Source of the DNA: Eledone cirrhosa
Lineage: Eukaryota
Direction: 5' to 3'
DNA length: 64,000 nucleotides
Assembly: GCA_964016885.1 (NCBI GenBank)
Contig: CAXHJY010001155.1
Span: 124,001-188,000, forward strand
Positions within the stretch are counted from its first letter, which is position 1. The number at the start of each line of letters is the position of its first letter. A program made the translations under genes and the position numbers. The notes beneath the pieces are model-generated. The model ran no database searches. It was given only the letters and a program-made list of their open reading frames with translations, and was not told the DNA's origin. Shown one piece after another: positions 39,726-55,677 of this stretch.

Positions 39726-41148
39726 AACTAGGCTGAACAGTTGTTGGCCACTAATTCCAACTATTTAGAAAACCTTAAGCTTGTAGTTAGAAGTATAAAC
39801 AACACAGTTGACTTAAGAAGCACTGGGGAAATTTGAAATGTTTGCATCCCAATGCACATGACTATAATATTAATAGATGTTTCAGCCCCTTCCAACACGA
39901 CAACATAGCTATTCAGAGCTATTCCCACCAGTGTAGTCAATTAAACTCCTGTAGAACAGTACAGAATTAAATTAGTCTGATGTTGTGACTTCAAACCAGA
40001 CATCTCTGTCTACATCAACACATCACAACAGCACCATTTATTTTCTTGCATACTTCAATAATGTTTATTTGTCATTTAGTTTTAAAAATTATAATTCTTT
40101 GAACAACTTAAAGAATTTATGACTGTTTATAAAAAAAAAAAACACCCATAAATATACACACATATGCACACAAATACATATACCCACATACATATCCACA
40201 CACTTTCTCACATACAAAACCAAGTTTTTCCTTTGTGTAAAAACAAGATGTTTTCTTTGTGCAACTCATGCAAACATATATAAATGAACACACAGACACT
40301 GACTGTTAGAGGCACATAGACAAATACATACAGACAGATATACACATAGACTGAGATTTACAGTGGTACAACTCAGGAATAAATTACATCACAAAAACAA
40401 GAATTTGGCAATGTCTGTGGAAACTTTATCTGATAGAAGACAATTTAAAGACAAGACTGAGCTAATTAAAAATTAAAATACTTAAGAATTTAAAATCTAG
40501 ATTATAAAAAAATAAAATCAAAAAGATGTTTTATTTTTGTTTTTCTTTTGGAATTTTCAATTTCCAAATACATTTTTTTTTTCTAAATCAGCATTTTACT
40601 TCAATTTTCCATGCTAGCATCGGTTGGACAGATTGTCACAGTCTGAGACTAGACAGGTTAGAGTGACTTCATTTTGCTCATATATTGCATATATGACATG
40701 GTTCCTATGGTTGGAGGCCTATTCTAATGTCAACTACCTTACATGGTGTACTGGGTGCATTTTTATGAAAATGAGGCAACACCACTAACACATTCAAGGT
40801 GTACTGGGTGCATTTTATTTTAGCACTAGCACATATACTCATCTAGACTGAAGATTCCACTCAAATCCTATATTTCTCAATGATAAATATATAATTCTTG
40901 TTTTTTTCCTTAATGTGTGCGTTTGAAACATTTATAGTTCTAGGTTCAGTCACACTGTATGGTAATTTTGGCAAGTGTCTTCTACTATAGCCTCAGGTTA
41001 AATAATTGTTTCTACTTTTGGCACAAGGCTAGCAATTACCCAGTACATTACTGGTACTTTATTTTATCAACCCCGTAAGGATGAAAGGCAAAGTTAACCT
41101 CATAATGCCATGTGAATAGAATTTGAGAGGCAGAAACTGCAGAAACCC

Positions 41149-41193
<45 letters not shown>

Positions 41194-41379
41194 TTTAGCA
41201 TCAAGAATGGCATCCAGGTGCAGAAAACTTTCTGAAAAAGGATTCAAGAGTGTAGGAATGTATGTAAGTGAGATGCAGTCCCCATTGGGCCATCTGTGAG
41301 GACAATGGTACCATTTGAGTACTGACCTGGTCTGTGACAAACTGTCTAACCTAGGCTAGCATTTTATTTTAAAAGGTTA

Positions 41380-41613
41380 TTGAGGGCTGGCTGAAAAGTT
41401 AATAGGCTAACCCAGATACTCTCATGGAATGACAAAATGAGGTTTACTTTTCAACATAGTCCCTGGAATGAAATAATGCAGTTATTAATGCATGCAAGAT
41501 TTCACAGCTCCTTCATAGTCAGCCAATGGAATTTTCAGTCGGTCCTTGTATTCAACTCTTAATACCAGCCAATGGAATTTTCAGTCGGTCCTTGTATTCA
41601 ACTCTTAATACCA
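41380..41613. mobile_element. Mariner-derived MITE with tandem duplication of its right end
   Basis: gagggctggctgaaaagtt / aattttcagtcggtccttgta TIR-like ends; the 46 bp cagccaatgg...cttaatac block occurs twice. Confidence 0.6.
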
Positions 41614-44189
41614 GTAACTGTTTAGCAGAAAATATCTAAAGACAGGCTTGTTAACTCAAATGTTTATAATATCTTTACTAGTAGAAAAATTGTTGTGAAA
41701 ATTTGCAGTAAACCAAAGACCTTGATTTTTAGTGTGATGCAGTCATAGTGCTGTTTTGTACTTTTCAAGAATAACTTGCTAATGTTATTTTATATGGTTT
41801 GTTAATTCATGTTTATAGTATCATTGTTAGTTGACACATAATTGTGAAAAGCAACAATATTAGTGTAATGACTTCATTTTTAATATGATGCAGCGATAAT
41901 GATGCTTTGTAGTTTTGAAGAATGTTTTGCTTGTGTGGTTTCATGCTGTGCAGAGCATTAATCGAAGTACACTGTATTTCATTAGAAATATGGTAGCTAA
42001 AAGGGTTAAAGCTGTATTAACATACAATGTAGATTCATAGAAGAGTTAAGCTTGATGTTCACAGTGGTCAGGATGACCTTCAGTGTGGAAACAAAAGATA
42101 AGGGTCTCAAGGGAAATTAAGGTAGATGAAGTGACACAGAGAATGAGGTCCATTAATGGTTTATAAAGGAAAGGGAGATATAGATATTGATCTGCACACA
42201 TTAGGGTTGAGATCTATACTCTGAGAAAATAGGATGAATGAGCAAAGGTTAATATCGTGGCAATCTATGAAACAATCTCAAGAAAACACATAAAAGGGGA
42301 TTTTTATCTTTCACAGTTAAGGAAAGGTTTACAGAATCAAAGATTCAACAACATGTGTATAGTGTGTGTGTGTGTGCATGTCATTTTACATCTGCTGTTT
42401 CATGCTTGCATGATATATACATATATAAACACACATGTACACACACATATGTGTGGATATACATATGCATATGTGTGTGTGTCTATGTGTACACAGAACT
42501 TTAAAAGAGAAATAATGTGGAAAAATATATAGAACTATTATAATGACTGCATTATTCCACTGATAGCAGAGGCCATAATTGTCTGATAAATATGTCTAGA
42601 ATTAGAAATAAGCTAATTAAAAATGGAATGAACTTGGTGCCACGATAAAATGCACCTGGTACACTCTGTACAGAGGAAATACCAGTGCTATGACAAGATG
42701 CACCCTATGCATTCCGTAAAGTGGTTGTGCTGGTGCCACGATAAAATGCATACAGTACACTCTGGAAAATAGTTGATGTTAGGAAGGGCATTGAATCCCT
42801 CACCTTTAATGATGATAATAACCACCACCACACCATCTCCATTACCACCTACACTATCCTCATTATCATCTGTTTAGGTCTACTTTCCATGCTGGCATGG
42901 GTTGGACAGATCGTTGCAGTCAGTGCATATTCAGAGGACTGTCTTGTTTGTAGTACATTCCATTTTGGATGGGATTCCTACAACTGGATGCCCTTCCCAT
43001 CACCAACCACTTTACAGAGTGTATTGGGTGCATTTTCTCATGACATCAGCACTAGGCTGGTTGTCATGTCCTTGAAAAGACGGAAAAGTCCTCTCTACAC
43101 AATGCTGTCTCCATATGATCACTAACCACTTTAGAGAGTGTAATCGATGCATTTTATTGTGCCACCAGCACTAGAGAGGTTGTCATGTTATTGAAAAGAC
43201 TGAAGAATCCTCTTTACCCTATGTTGTCTCTCTGTGATCACGAACAACCTAACAGAGTGTACTGGGTGCATTTTATTGTAATACCAACACCATAGAAGTT
43301 GTCATATCCTCAACGAGACTGATGAGTCCTCTTTATGTTGTTTCTAATCAACATTTAAAAAGATCAAAAGAAAAAAAATCACAAACAAATATATTTCGTT
43401 GAGAAATTAAACAGTAGTTTTGTTAAGAATTATGAGAAAATATACCCTTTTTTGTTTTTTTTTCAGTATATTTATTATTTATTTTCAGTTGCGGTTTTGT
43501 TTCTTAAATGCAGAACGAAAAAATATTCATTTTATAAGAACTGACTGAGAATGCACCATATGTGTATAATATCAGACTGTATCTAGTTTATCATGACCGA
43601 ACAATGAACAGCAACAACAAGAAAATTAGAAGATAAAGGTAAATCAAACAGATTTTTCTTATCATTGTTTAACAAACAAATTATATATGAGAAACAGAAA
43701 GCAGCCGTTTGTAAAATCTCAACTGTCATCTCTATTTTGTTGCTATAGCAGTGGCTAGAAGAAGATGAGTAAATATTTTGAGGTAGCTATGTACTTCAAG
43801 GAAATGATGAGAGAGAAGTTTAGCATATGTCTGATTGGTTCAAAGAGCAGTAAAACTAAGAGTTATTTTGGAAATAATGAAACAATGATATATATGTATG
43901 TAAGTTCCAAACTGTTCTAAATTTAATTATAAACTAACAGAAAGTTGTTTTTGACTTACAAATTATGTTAGCATTTCTGCTATACAATAGCAGAGTTCTT
44001 ATACAAGTAGATCAAATTTAATTTTTTTGTTTTTTTGGTCATTCAGCCATAGAATCTTTTTATATGGAGGAGTAAAAAAAACTTTTTTTTTTTTCAAAAA
44101 GTAAAACAAAAATAAAAATAAAATAGGGTCCTAAAGTTAAAATCTTACAAGATATATAAGAATCTAAAAGCAATATAAAAAAGCTATAC

Positions 44190-44387
44190 ATGTATGTGTG
44201 TATCTATCTATCTATATAAACATACATATATATATATATACACACACACATATATATATACACACATATATATATATACACACACACATATATATATACA
44301 AACACATATATATATACACACACACATATATATACACACACACATATATATACACACACACATATATATACACACACACACATATAT

Positions 44388-44438
<51 letters not shown>

Positions 44439-44540
44439 CACATACATAAGCTATAAATAAGAAAAAAAATATATATATATATACATAAGCTATAAATAAG
44501 AAAAAAAATATATATATATACATATATAGGCTATATATAC
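44190..44540. repeat. Compound (TA)n/(CA)n microsatellite
   Basis: Low-complexity tract plus a duplicated catacataagctataaataagaaaaaaaat-type block. Confidence 0.9.
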
Positions 44541-47500
44541 ATATAAAAGCTACACAAAAAATGTCTAAAAATCAAAGAAGTAAAAATTACACGAACTATA
44601 GAGCAATGTAAAAATTCACGAAACAAATACTATGTATAAAACTATCATAAAATATAAAGCTATGGGGGAAGATCACAAAAAACAAAGCTATCACCATTTT
44701 CTAATAGCATTTATTATTTCTTGAAGAAAAAGAAAAGAAAGCAGAAAAAAATAAAATCATTGATTCCAAATCAATTAATGAATGTTTAAGCCAAAGCCTG
44801 AGAAACATTTTTGATATGATAGAAAAAATGCTAAAAGAAAACAAAGAGTGAGACTGAGAAGTTAATCCTTTCTGAAATTTAGACAGTGTTTCCAGAAACT
44901 AATGATTAATAGAAAATAGATAAATAAATAATTAATTAAAATAAAATAAAATATAAATTAAATACATACAAAAAAGAATAAAAATAATAAATGGTTACTA
45001 TAAACAAATTTGGGGTTATAAAGGAAAGGGAGATATAGATATTGATCATTAACCCTTTCATTATATTTGTAATGAAAGGCACTATCTATAGTTTTTAAAC
45101 CATTTTGAAAATAATAAAGAATTTTGAGGGATTTATTAATGTAATTTTCTCATTATTAAACCTGTGTTTGAAACATAACATAAAAAATGTTCTTACATAA
45201 AATTATGATGGAAGGTTTTTCAATAAATATAAACACTTTAAAATAAACAGCTTTCAAAGAACCAAGGGTGATTTCAGACAGTTTGGTGAAAAAAATAAAC
45301 AGTCACTGTCAAACGAAATGGCTTCCTTATGATATCTATACCGTCTTATTGCATTATGAGTTCAAACTCAACAGCGGTAAAATATGTCTTTCAGCCTAGG
45401 ATGAGGAGTCGATAAATAAAGTTCCAGTCTAGAAAGGTAGAACAGCAAGATCAATAGAACATTGGATAGGGTGGTTCCTGATGCTAATTACAGCTTATGT
45501 TGTGAGTTCAAATCCCTCTATGGCTTAATTGAGTAGAAGACATAATTTTTTGCCAACACCTGCTTTTGGGGTGCCTTTAGCATTCAAACCAGAAAGAATT
45601 CTCTCAACTCTTTCTGTTTAAACAGGCTGTGACTGGCCACTCATACTGATGTTAAGGTATTGTTCTCAAAATAAATAATATCAAAATTTTATGGATTCCA
45701 TATTAAGAAAATATAATAGTAAATATAGAGTAATGTAAATGCTAAAGCGTTAAAACAGTAAAATATAATAGTAAATATAGAGTAATGTAAATGCTAAAGC
45801 GGTAAAACTCTATAGCAAGTATTCAGGCCAGGTCTGCAATTTGAGGATACCTTTCTCCCTCTCACCAGTCACAGTGGCCTCTAGACAGGGTCTTGGGCAC
45901 TGCTGCTTTCCTCCTTGACTAAACAGTAAAAACCAGCAACAAAAAACTAATAATTTATTAACGATAAACTAGTGTCCTTCTACAAAAGGAAAGAAACAAA
46001 TGGAGGGATGCTGTACTGCAGAGAACTCATCTAAGCTATGCAAGCATGAAAAGATAAATAAAAATGATGATGATGAAGACAATCTGATAATAAAGCAGGC
46101 CTGAGAGATAGTGGTATTAGCAGAATATTATCTAATCTTATAATATTAATTATTTCTTTATGGTATACCTTATTATTAATTTATTAAAGTCAACCCATAA
46201 AAATCTGAACTGGAACACATTGTTGCCATTAAGTTACCTACATGTTGCTGATAACAAAAGATGGTGGTGATAGTGGTGATAACTAATAAATCTTAATCTT
46301 ACTTGAGCATTATAGATGGTCATTAATCATTTGAAAGGGTTTAGTGATATGATTAAGTTCTCCATTAATAAGCTGGTGTTTGGAACATAACTTAATAAAG
46401 CTTTATACATAAAACTATGATGAAAGCTCTTTACAAACAGTTTCATATTGCAGAACCAGGAGTAGTTTCAGGTAGTTTGATATCAGAAGGTTTAAGAGGG
46501 TGTTTGGTACATAACTTAACAAAACACAAAATATATTGGTGTATTAAATATGGTGTTTGGAACATAACTTAAAAGTTCTTACATGAAACTATGATGGAAG
46601 TTCCTAAAATAAATATAAACACTTTAACCCTTCCACAATCAATATTTCTAATGAAAGACACTGACTATGATATTCAAATAATTTTGAAAATAATCAAAAA
46701 TTTGGAATGATTTAGACATATAACTATCTTTCTCGTTATTAAGGTGATGTTTGGAGTATAACTTAAACTTTCTCACATAAAATTATGATGAAAGGTTTTT
46801 AAATCGATTTAAACACTTTTAACCCATTAGCATTATCCGGCCAGGATTCTCTCACCTCTGATTGTTCAAACTGGCTGTAACCAGCCACTCATATTGATGT
46901 TAAGGTATTGTTCTCAAAATAAATTATATCAAAATCTCATAAATTCAATATTATGTGAGATATGTAAGATAAAGCCTTTACCACGAAAATACAATAGTAT
47001 ATATAGAGTAATGTAAATGGTAAAGGGTTAAACAGAAAGTAAGGTGTTAATAAGCAGAATCAGTAGAGCCTTAGGCAAAATCAAACTTTACTAGCTTAGT
47101 CATCCTTTAGAGGAGGAGGTGATAAAACAATGTACCAGCTCAGTTTCGAGAAGATTGACAGAAATGTTACCGCTTTAGCATTTACATTACTCTATATATA
47201 CTATTGTATTTTTGTGGTAAAGGCTTTATCTCACATAATATTGTATCTATGAGATTTTGATATTATTTATTTTGGGAACAATACCTTATCATCAGTATGA
47301 GGGGCTGGTTACAGCCAGTTTGAACAGAAAGGGATGAGAGAATTCTGGCCAGATATGGCCAATTTAAATGTTAAAGGAACATTTATTTCAGTTTCTTACA
47401 TTGTGTGTGCTTAGTCAAACATGGTGAACTTGCTTTATAAAGAAAACTTGAAGAAATACATTTGTACTCTTCCATGAACAAACATGTAGTAACATTTATC

Positions 47501-49789
47501 ATAATCACCATGTAGAAATCAACATCCATCAGTTTTGACAATGAGTGTGCCAGTTGTTCATTCAACAACCAGATAATGAAATTGATGTGGAAGTGGCTAA
47601 GCATTCCACAGATATGTAATTCTCAGAGAGCTTCAGTGTGACACTGTGTGGTGAGTGACAAAGCTGGCCCTTAGAATTACAGGTACAGTCCATCCAATAG
47701 AGACTCCCAAACAGTTTCCATCTACACAGTCATCTACACTTACAAGTCATGATCAACCATCAAAGGTTATGGTGAATGACACTTCCACAAGATGACACCC
47801 AGAATCTAATGATTGCAAAATGAACTTCTTAGCCCTTCATTTCACATGCATCTTCCACCAACTAGGGAGGGTCTTTCATCAACATGACAGCAAAGAAATC
47901 TATATATAGTACATACTTGCTTGCGAAGCCATTCAGTGGGATTGAAATCAGAACCACATGGTTGTAAATCAAATTTCTTAATCAGCCAGCCAAGCCAACA
48001 CTCATGCTGCAACAATTTTCATAGCAACATGGCTGCATATAGCAGGTTGCAGTGCATTTAGACTTTATTATCATTGCCAGGGGCAATAATTTAAAATTTA
48101 TCTTATCCATACTTAGTTGCATTGGCACAAGAATGCAGAAGATTATTGCAATGGATATTACCATTTTCCCTCTGTGCTAACTTAGTCAACTAACTTAGTT
48201 GCTAACCAGACAACTATCTGAAGAATTAGTAGTTTACACCCTATCACTATTTTCAAAAACTAAGACCCAGTCTATCTGTCTATAAACATCATGCAGTTAT
48301 AAGTAGTAACAAGTGCTTTAAGGCCATTTTCCCCACTAAATCAGGGGACCTTTCTGGGGCAAGGTTTTACACCCAGATGCCCTTCTAAACTAGTACACCT
48401 AAATCATCCTCACATTGCCAAAAAAAATATGAACAAATCTGTCTGTAAAGAGTTATACAAGACAGGGCAGCTATAAGCAGTACTGGCTGCATATTAACAA
48501 AGTTGTTAGAGCTTAAGATATCTGTTTTGGCTCTCTGTTCACTGAGTTCAAATCCCCCTGATGTCAACTTTGCTTTCCGTCCTTTCAGGGTTGATAAAAT
48601 AAAATATCAATCGACAACAAGGGATCAGTGAAATTGTTAGAATGTTCAATGAGATACCTTGTGGTATATGCTCTTTATTTTATGAGTTTAAAAACTTTGG
48701 TGGTAGTCATAATCTGTCACCTAGTTTAACACCACCACCACCACCACATGATCCCTGGGTACTTTTAGCAGACTCCACTGTTATTGGATAACACAATGCT
48801 TCACCCAGTTTAATTCCACTACCTAGTACTTGGGTACCTTTAGAAGAGTCCTTTAGAATACAAACATTCAGGATAGGTTGCAGGTTTGAAGATACTTTTC
48901 TCCCTCTCTACTTCCAACCAACCACAAAGGCTCCTGGAAAGGGTCATAGTAAAAGCAACATAATTATGTTCTTCAACTGTTGGTCATATGGCTATGCTGA
49001 GTGTGTGTATGTGAGTTTGTGTGTATGTGTATCTGGAAAAGCAGATGTAAGGTGGTGATGATGATGATGAAAAGACAATCAATGAAAGTCATGCCTCAGA
49101 ACAATAGCAGAAATGGCAGTAGAAATATGAAGAATGTCATGAGAATAGTTTATGACTGTTGAAATCATGTTTGGTAATGTGGAAAGGAAATGGAAAAGTA
49201 ATCTACTATAACGAAAACTCTCCAAGATTAAGTTTTCTAATTAAATGAAACTTCAGTATTTGTGAGGTTGAATTGTAACAAACATTTGAAATCTCCAGTT
49301 GAAAAAAGTGTCATGCTGTAGACAGAGAAAGATGAAATAAAATATAAAATGTCAAGATTCTTGTCAGCCGAAGTTTGAAAGGAACCACTCAAAGAAATTT
49401 GACACTGTTCGAGGAAACTTTGAATGAATGCCATAGCAGTGGAAATTTATGTCAGAGGTTAAAACAGCAGATTGTATCAAGTGCCTTATTGACATTAAAG
49501 GTTACAGCATTGCTTTCTGCAAGTCTCTCTCACTCCCCTTACTACTGTTTACAATGTGCAGAGATATAAACCAATAGTGGAGTCTATAGCAGCTGTGTAC
49601 GAGAAGAATTAATAAGGAATCTAATGATTTAGAGAGACATCATAACTCCATTAAATTTCTCTTTCACTCACTTATTTATATCATTTCCATTCTTCTAATT
49701 TTAGAATTCTATGCAGAATTGGCAAATGAAAAAAAAATGTTATATTGTATTGTCAATGCACCAATAAATACAAAGCTGAAGTATGTTAA

Positions 49790-50100
49790 AGTGGATACAG
49801 TGTTCATTTTAATCATCTTTTACAACAGACTGGGAAACAGTATACCTTTTAGCTACCTTTTATAACACACAGGGATACAGTATATATTTTAATCAATACT
49901 CATGACATACAGGGATACACTATACCTTTTACAACACACAGAGATAATGTATACATTTTAATAGCCTTTCATAACACACAGGGATATAATGTACCTTTTA
50001 ATCACTACTTATGGCAAACGGGGATACAGTACCTTTTAGTTACCTAATATAACACAAAGGGGTACAGTTTACTTATTCTAAAAACTGGGATACACACAGA
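49790..50100. repeat. Old degenerate minisatellite (~30-45 bp unit)
   Basis: Recurring acacagggatacagtatacctttta-like units, about 7-8 copies. Confidence 0.6.
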
Positions 50101-53100
50101 TGTTTTCTATTAAATAAAATAGAATACAACAAAACAATAAAAATGGAAGGGTAATTGTTAATAAAGACCACTGTACTGGCTAACTTTATAACTGTAAAAT
50201 ACACCGCTAGCAGGAAGTTAATTACAGTTTAATGAAGTTAATAAGAACACACACCATGTTAAATGTTTGCTGCAGTTTTACAAACAATGAAAGTATTTTA
50301 AGGTCATTCATCTATTAACACGGAATTCGAAGTAGAGAGAATCTCAATTAAATTTCACTTCATTAATCAAATAAAACATCAAGAGAAAGAGAAGAACTAT
50401 TGTCAGGAAAGACAATTTATTTATACTCTCGTTTCAAAGTGGCAAAATCTGTTTGTGTTGTAGCTTCTTGATCTGACAAATATTTCGTTGATGTTTGTTT
50501 TCATTTCATGTTTGTTTTCACTTAAAGATCAATTAATTACAAAACGAGGTGTTAGTTCAATATAACAGACACCAAGTGAAATTCTTATCCATCTAATTCA
50601 GCTGTTAAACATTGAAATATTTAGTTAGTTCTCATCAGCATCAGCATTAAATGTCCGGTTTCCATACTGGCATGTATTTCTTACCACAAAGCAACATTGA
50701 TAGTTTTAGTTAAATGTTGTTTAGGCTTTTTACTTAAATCTAACACAATACTGGTGTTATGATAACATGCATTCAGTACACTCAGTAAAATGGTAGTGCT
50801 GGTGTCATGATCAAATTCACTTACTACACTCTGAAGTGTTAGTGCTGATGCCATGATTAAATGCACAGAGTACATTCCACAAAATAGTAGTGCTAGTCTT
50901 ATGATACTATGTACCCAGTACATTCTGCAAAGTGGTAGTGCTGGTGCCATGATAAAATGCATCCAGTACACCTTGTAAAGTGGTTGTGTTGATGCTATAA
51001 TAAAATGCACCAAGTACACTCTGTAAAGTAGTGCTGGTTCCATGATAAAATCTAATCTGGTACACTCTGTAAAAAGGTTGGCATTAAGAAGGGCATCCAA
51101 CAATAGAAGCCAAGCCAAACATGGAACATAAAATTGAAGATAACAATAATTTGAACTCATACCAATACATTTTGATTTCTCACTTTAATTTAATACCACA
51201 TGATACATAGTTTCTAATGGTTAGCATGAGAAAGAACAGCAGACATACAAACAGAGATTTGCATGTATTATTATAGATTAAATTGGTAAAGGATAAAGAT
51301 GTTTATTGAGGAGGAATAACTTCATAAAAGAGACTAAATTTCACGAGTTGAGAGGACACACAGAAAAAAACTTTAGTGGAGATAATTATCCAATAATACA
51401 ACAAAATAGAAACAGAGCAGAAGACAAAACCCTGTAGTAGAGGTTGGTAAGGGAGAGGCAAGATCCTGTGGATCAGAGAGGTATGTTTAGCTTTTATTAT
51501 TTTTTTTTTCAGAATCAATTAAAGTTATTCAATCGAAATATTCAATAGGACCCATCTTTGTTCTTCCTTCTGTGTTTTATTTGGTTGCCTGGCTGATGAT
51601 AATATTTTGATTTCCAAGGGTTCTTTAGAGTTCAAAGAGGAAAAAATTCTTGGCTGATTCCAAGTAACTTTGTGTAAATTATCATCAATAGATTTACGCC
51701 AAACTTAATTAGTATTACAAGTTGATACTGCCAGTGTTACTACTGTTGTTGCTATTACTATTACTACTACTCAAAAAAATTGCATAAATTTCAGGGTTTA
51801 AAGAAAATAATCTCAAATATTGAAATTGATTTTGCAAACAGAATCTAAAGAATGGTATCATGAATAAGAGCCAATATCTCACTTCAATTTAGATTTGAAA
51901 TTATGTGAACAAATAATATTTTTTCACAAAAATTCAAAATGAAAATTGAGAAATAAATCTTTATTAACTTTTAAAAAAATACATACACGTAAAATTCTCC
52001 AATAATCCACAAAACCTTTATGCCATGCACACTCACACACAGATCATGAACCAATGCCAAATAGTTATGTCGTCCCTAGAATTATACAGAGTTAGCAAAT
52101 ATGCTTTACACTTGTATACTGCTATTAATATTCAGGTAAACTGTGAATGAGTACGGTGGTTTAGCAGTTAGAGTGTTTAGTTCACAATTGTAAGGGTTCT
52201 AATCCCTGGACTGGGTGCTATGTTGAACATGATACTTTATTTCACATTGGTCCAGTCTACTCAGCTAAAACAATGAGTGCAGGCAGTAGGAGTAGCAGCA
52301 GAAGCAGGGAGGTAAATCTGTACCAGACTGAAATCCTATCATGTACTTTCATTTAATGATAATGAAACCAGGGTAAGCTCTGTCCTGACGAGCATCTGGG
52401 TTTGAGACTTTAATTGAATTGAACTGAATCTAGAAAACCATGACTATTTGTTTCCTGGTTGAGCCAGCAATGTCTAATACATGTGATACCAAATGTCCTG
52501 AATAGCAGCCATGGTTCCGTGATTCAAAACTGCCCATTTTAAAGTGTTCTTCTTTACATTAATACATTCTATCATAATTTTATGTAAGAAGTTTTGTTAA
52601 GTAATGTTCCAATCTCTGACTATGGGTCTGCTGTGATCAGGGTATGGCATGGCTAACTGGCCCATCTCTCTTCGTAATGATGCCATCCAGGTCCACACTG
52701 TAAATCTTGTTTGTGGCTCCCAAACTGGTTCCACTGTGAGCAGGGTATGATACGGCCAATCTGGCCAGACTTGTCTCATGATGTAGATGACCCATTTAGC
52801 CATGCAAGCATGGAAAATGGGCATTAAATGGTGATGTCAATGATAATGCATACATGAGTGTGTGTGTGATCATCATCATCATCATCATCACTTTATGTCC
52901 GCTTTTCCCTGAACAAGCAATGCTTGTGCTTTGAAGGTTTTTTACGTGGGGAAAGGTCTTGCACTCAACCAATCCCACTCTCTGAGCATCGAAAACTACT
53001 CAAAAAGGAGAACTGGTCAACATCATCGGATGCTTCGAAGCCACAGGTTTTTTTTCAGAGTTTTCCTCTCATAGTACAACCTGTCTCATGGTCAGGTCAT

Positions 53101-53278
53101 CAGCGACTAAACCGGCAACCCCACCAAGCTTGCTTGGTGAGAAGGTTGATATTTGGACACCCTGCAGGATGAAATAAAAGATCTGGCAAAGGGCGGAGGA
53201 ATTCAGCAGAGTCAACGGCCATCCAAATAGTAGTATTTCTTTTTTGTTCACTTGCGAGTGAAAGGCCCCCAGTTGTTG

Positions 53279-53314
<36 letters not shown>

Positions 53315-53788
53315 GTGTGTGTGTGTGTGTGTGTGTGGTGTGTGGGTATACATACACACACACACACACATATATATAAATATATACATATACATACAAA
53401 ATTGAAGCATATATACAGGATGCACCACCCCATCCCACAAGGGCAGAACGAAGTATTCATCCAGTCAAGTCCCCAGCCCACATTTAAGTGGTCATGGTGG
53501 AGACACAGCAAAATGTGCCCAGTCCACACTGTAAAATGGTCATGTAGGTGTCCTGACAAAAAGTACCCAGTCCACACAGTAAAGTGGTTGTGTTAGTGAC
53601 ATGACAAAACACACCCAGTACTCACTGTAAATGAGGTTCGCATTAAGAAGGGCATCCAGCTGCAGAAACCAAGAAAAAATCAGTTCTGTATGTGCAAGAT
53701 ATGGTCACCTGACTTAGCATTGCCCACAACAGGACAACTTGTCTAACCCATGCTAGCTTGGAAAATTTGACATAAAACAAAGATGATG

Positions 53789-53819
<31 letters not shown>

Positions 53820-55677
53820 AGTATGTATGTGTGGACCAGTGGAACTGAACTTGGTACCATGTGAATGCATAACAAATACCTTTACCATACAGCCATGCCT
53901 GTTAAACACCACTGTTATTAAAATACATTGAGCCAGATGTTTTTATTTTCATACTGTGTCGAAAAATCTGCTTGGCAAATAATTTGGTAATGATTTACGA
54001 GGAATAATACTATAATGATTTAATAGAAAATATGTAAAAACAGGTTCGGTATTTCAAATGTTTATAGTATCTTTATTTAGAGACAGATTATTGTGAAAAT
54101 TTGCAATATTAGAATAAACATTTTAAATTTTAATATAATTTAGTCATTTGTACTTTTCAAGAATTTTTGTTAATGTGGTTTCATATGATTTGTTAATTCA
54201 AATGTTTATATTTTTACAGGAGGATAGATTGTTGTGAACATTTGTCATAAAGATTTTAATCTTTAATGTGATGCAATTATAATGCTGTTTTGTACTTTTC
54301 AAGAATGTCTTGCTAAAGTGGTTTCATGCACTACAGGATGTTAAGAGTTATCATTATTTCTATTTATTATGAGGGCAGTGAATTGGCAGCATCGGTAGAG
54401 AGTCAGACACCATGCTTTACAGCATAAAGTTATGGCCCTACACGTTCTGAGTTCAAATCCCGCCGAGGTTAACTTTGCCTTTCATCCTTACGGGGTCAAT
54501 AAAATAAAGTACCAGTAATGCACTGGGTAATTGCTGGCCTTGTGTCAAAAGTAGAAACAATTATTATTATTTATTATTGAAGCACCAGTAACGTACTGGG
54601 TCAATTTAATCAACTTTCCCCTCGCCCCAAGTTACTGGCCTTGTGCCTATACTAGAAATCATTATTATTATTTATTATTATTATTAATGCAGCAAAGAGT
54701 TACATCCCTTTATGGCCTGAGTTCAAATCCTGCCGGGTTTAACTTTGCCTTTCATCCTTACCGGGTCGATAAAATAAAGCACCAGTAATACACTGGGATA
54801 ATTGCTGGCCTTGTGCCAAATATAGAAACAATTATTATTAATGGCAGCGGGTGGGTATTAAGTAGGCTTCTTTAAACATGAAATACTTTGCTTAGAAAAA
54901 CTAACTTTATCTGAAATATGAAAAAAAAAAAAATGAGGAAATCAAAAAATGTTAATATTATTTTAATTACATTTTTTTTTTAATTAATTCTTTTGATACC
55001 TGGCCACCTGGTTATTTGATTTTAAAAAATGCTTATTTTGAATTTGTTTATATTTATCTAAAACGCTTCCATCATGTAAAAACTTTTCTTATGTTCCAAA
55101 CTCCAACTAAATGAGAAAGTTAGTTATATTATTAAATCATTTCAAATTCTTGGTTACTCAAAAAATTAATGGAAAATAATATGCAGTGTCTATAATTAGA
55201 AATATGTTAACAAAAGTGTTAATGGTGGGATTGTAGTAGTTGATAAATAGAAGCTTTTACTAACACCAAGAATTTTGTTAAAAAAACTAAAATTATCAAA
55301 AGATGGAAAAAAAAACATTAATTAATTAAAAATACATATTTTTTAATTAAAAAAATTAATTAAAAAGATACTAGGTTACAGAATCGGTCATGTACTTCTA
55401 CAGAGATAGAGTGTGAATCTAAACAAAACAAAAGGTAGATTATAAGCTTCCAAACTGTTTACTTTGGTAGACAATCCTTTGTGACAAAACTTCTATTTAC
55501 CCCAAAACAAATTAATTGAATACAAAATTTAAAAACAAAACTAATTTACCAGTGTTTAATACAACTTGCTTGAGAAAAGAATCAGTAAACATAAATGAAA
55601 ATGCATATTTAACCATTTCATTACCATATTTTTAATGAAATACACTGCTTATAATTTTCAAATAATTTTGAAAATAA

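Noticed and set aside
51512-51705. Possible exon (plus strand SIKVIQ...LMIIF*, or minus strand WRKSIDD...ISIE*)
   Set aside because: No partner exons, no recognisable homology, and ambiguous splice signals.
52363-52400. GAAAC...GTA...CTGACGA as a type II hammerhead
   Set aside because: Helices I and II cannot be formed, and it sits in the 3' part of a SINE.
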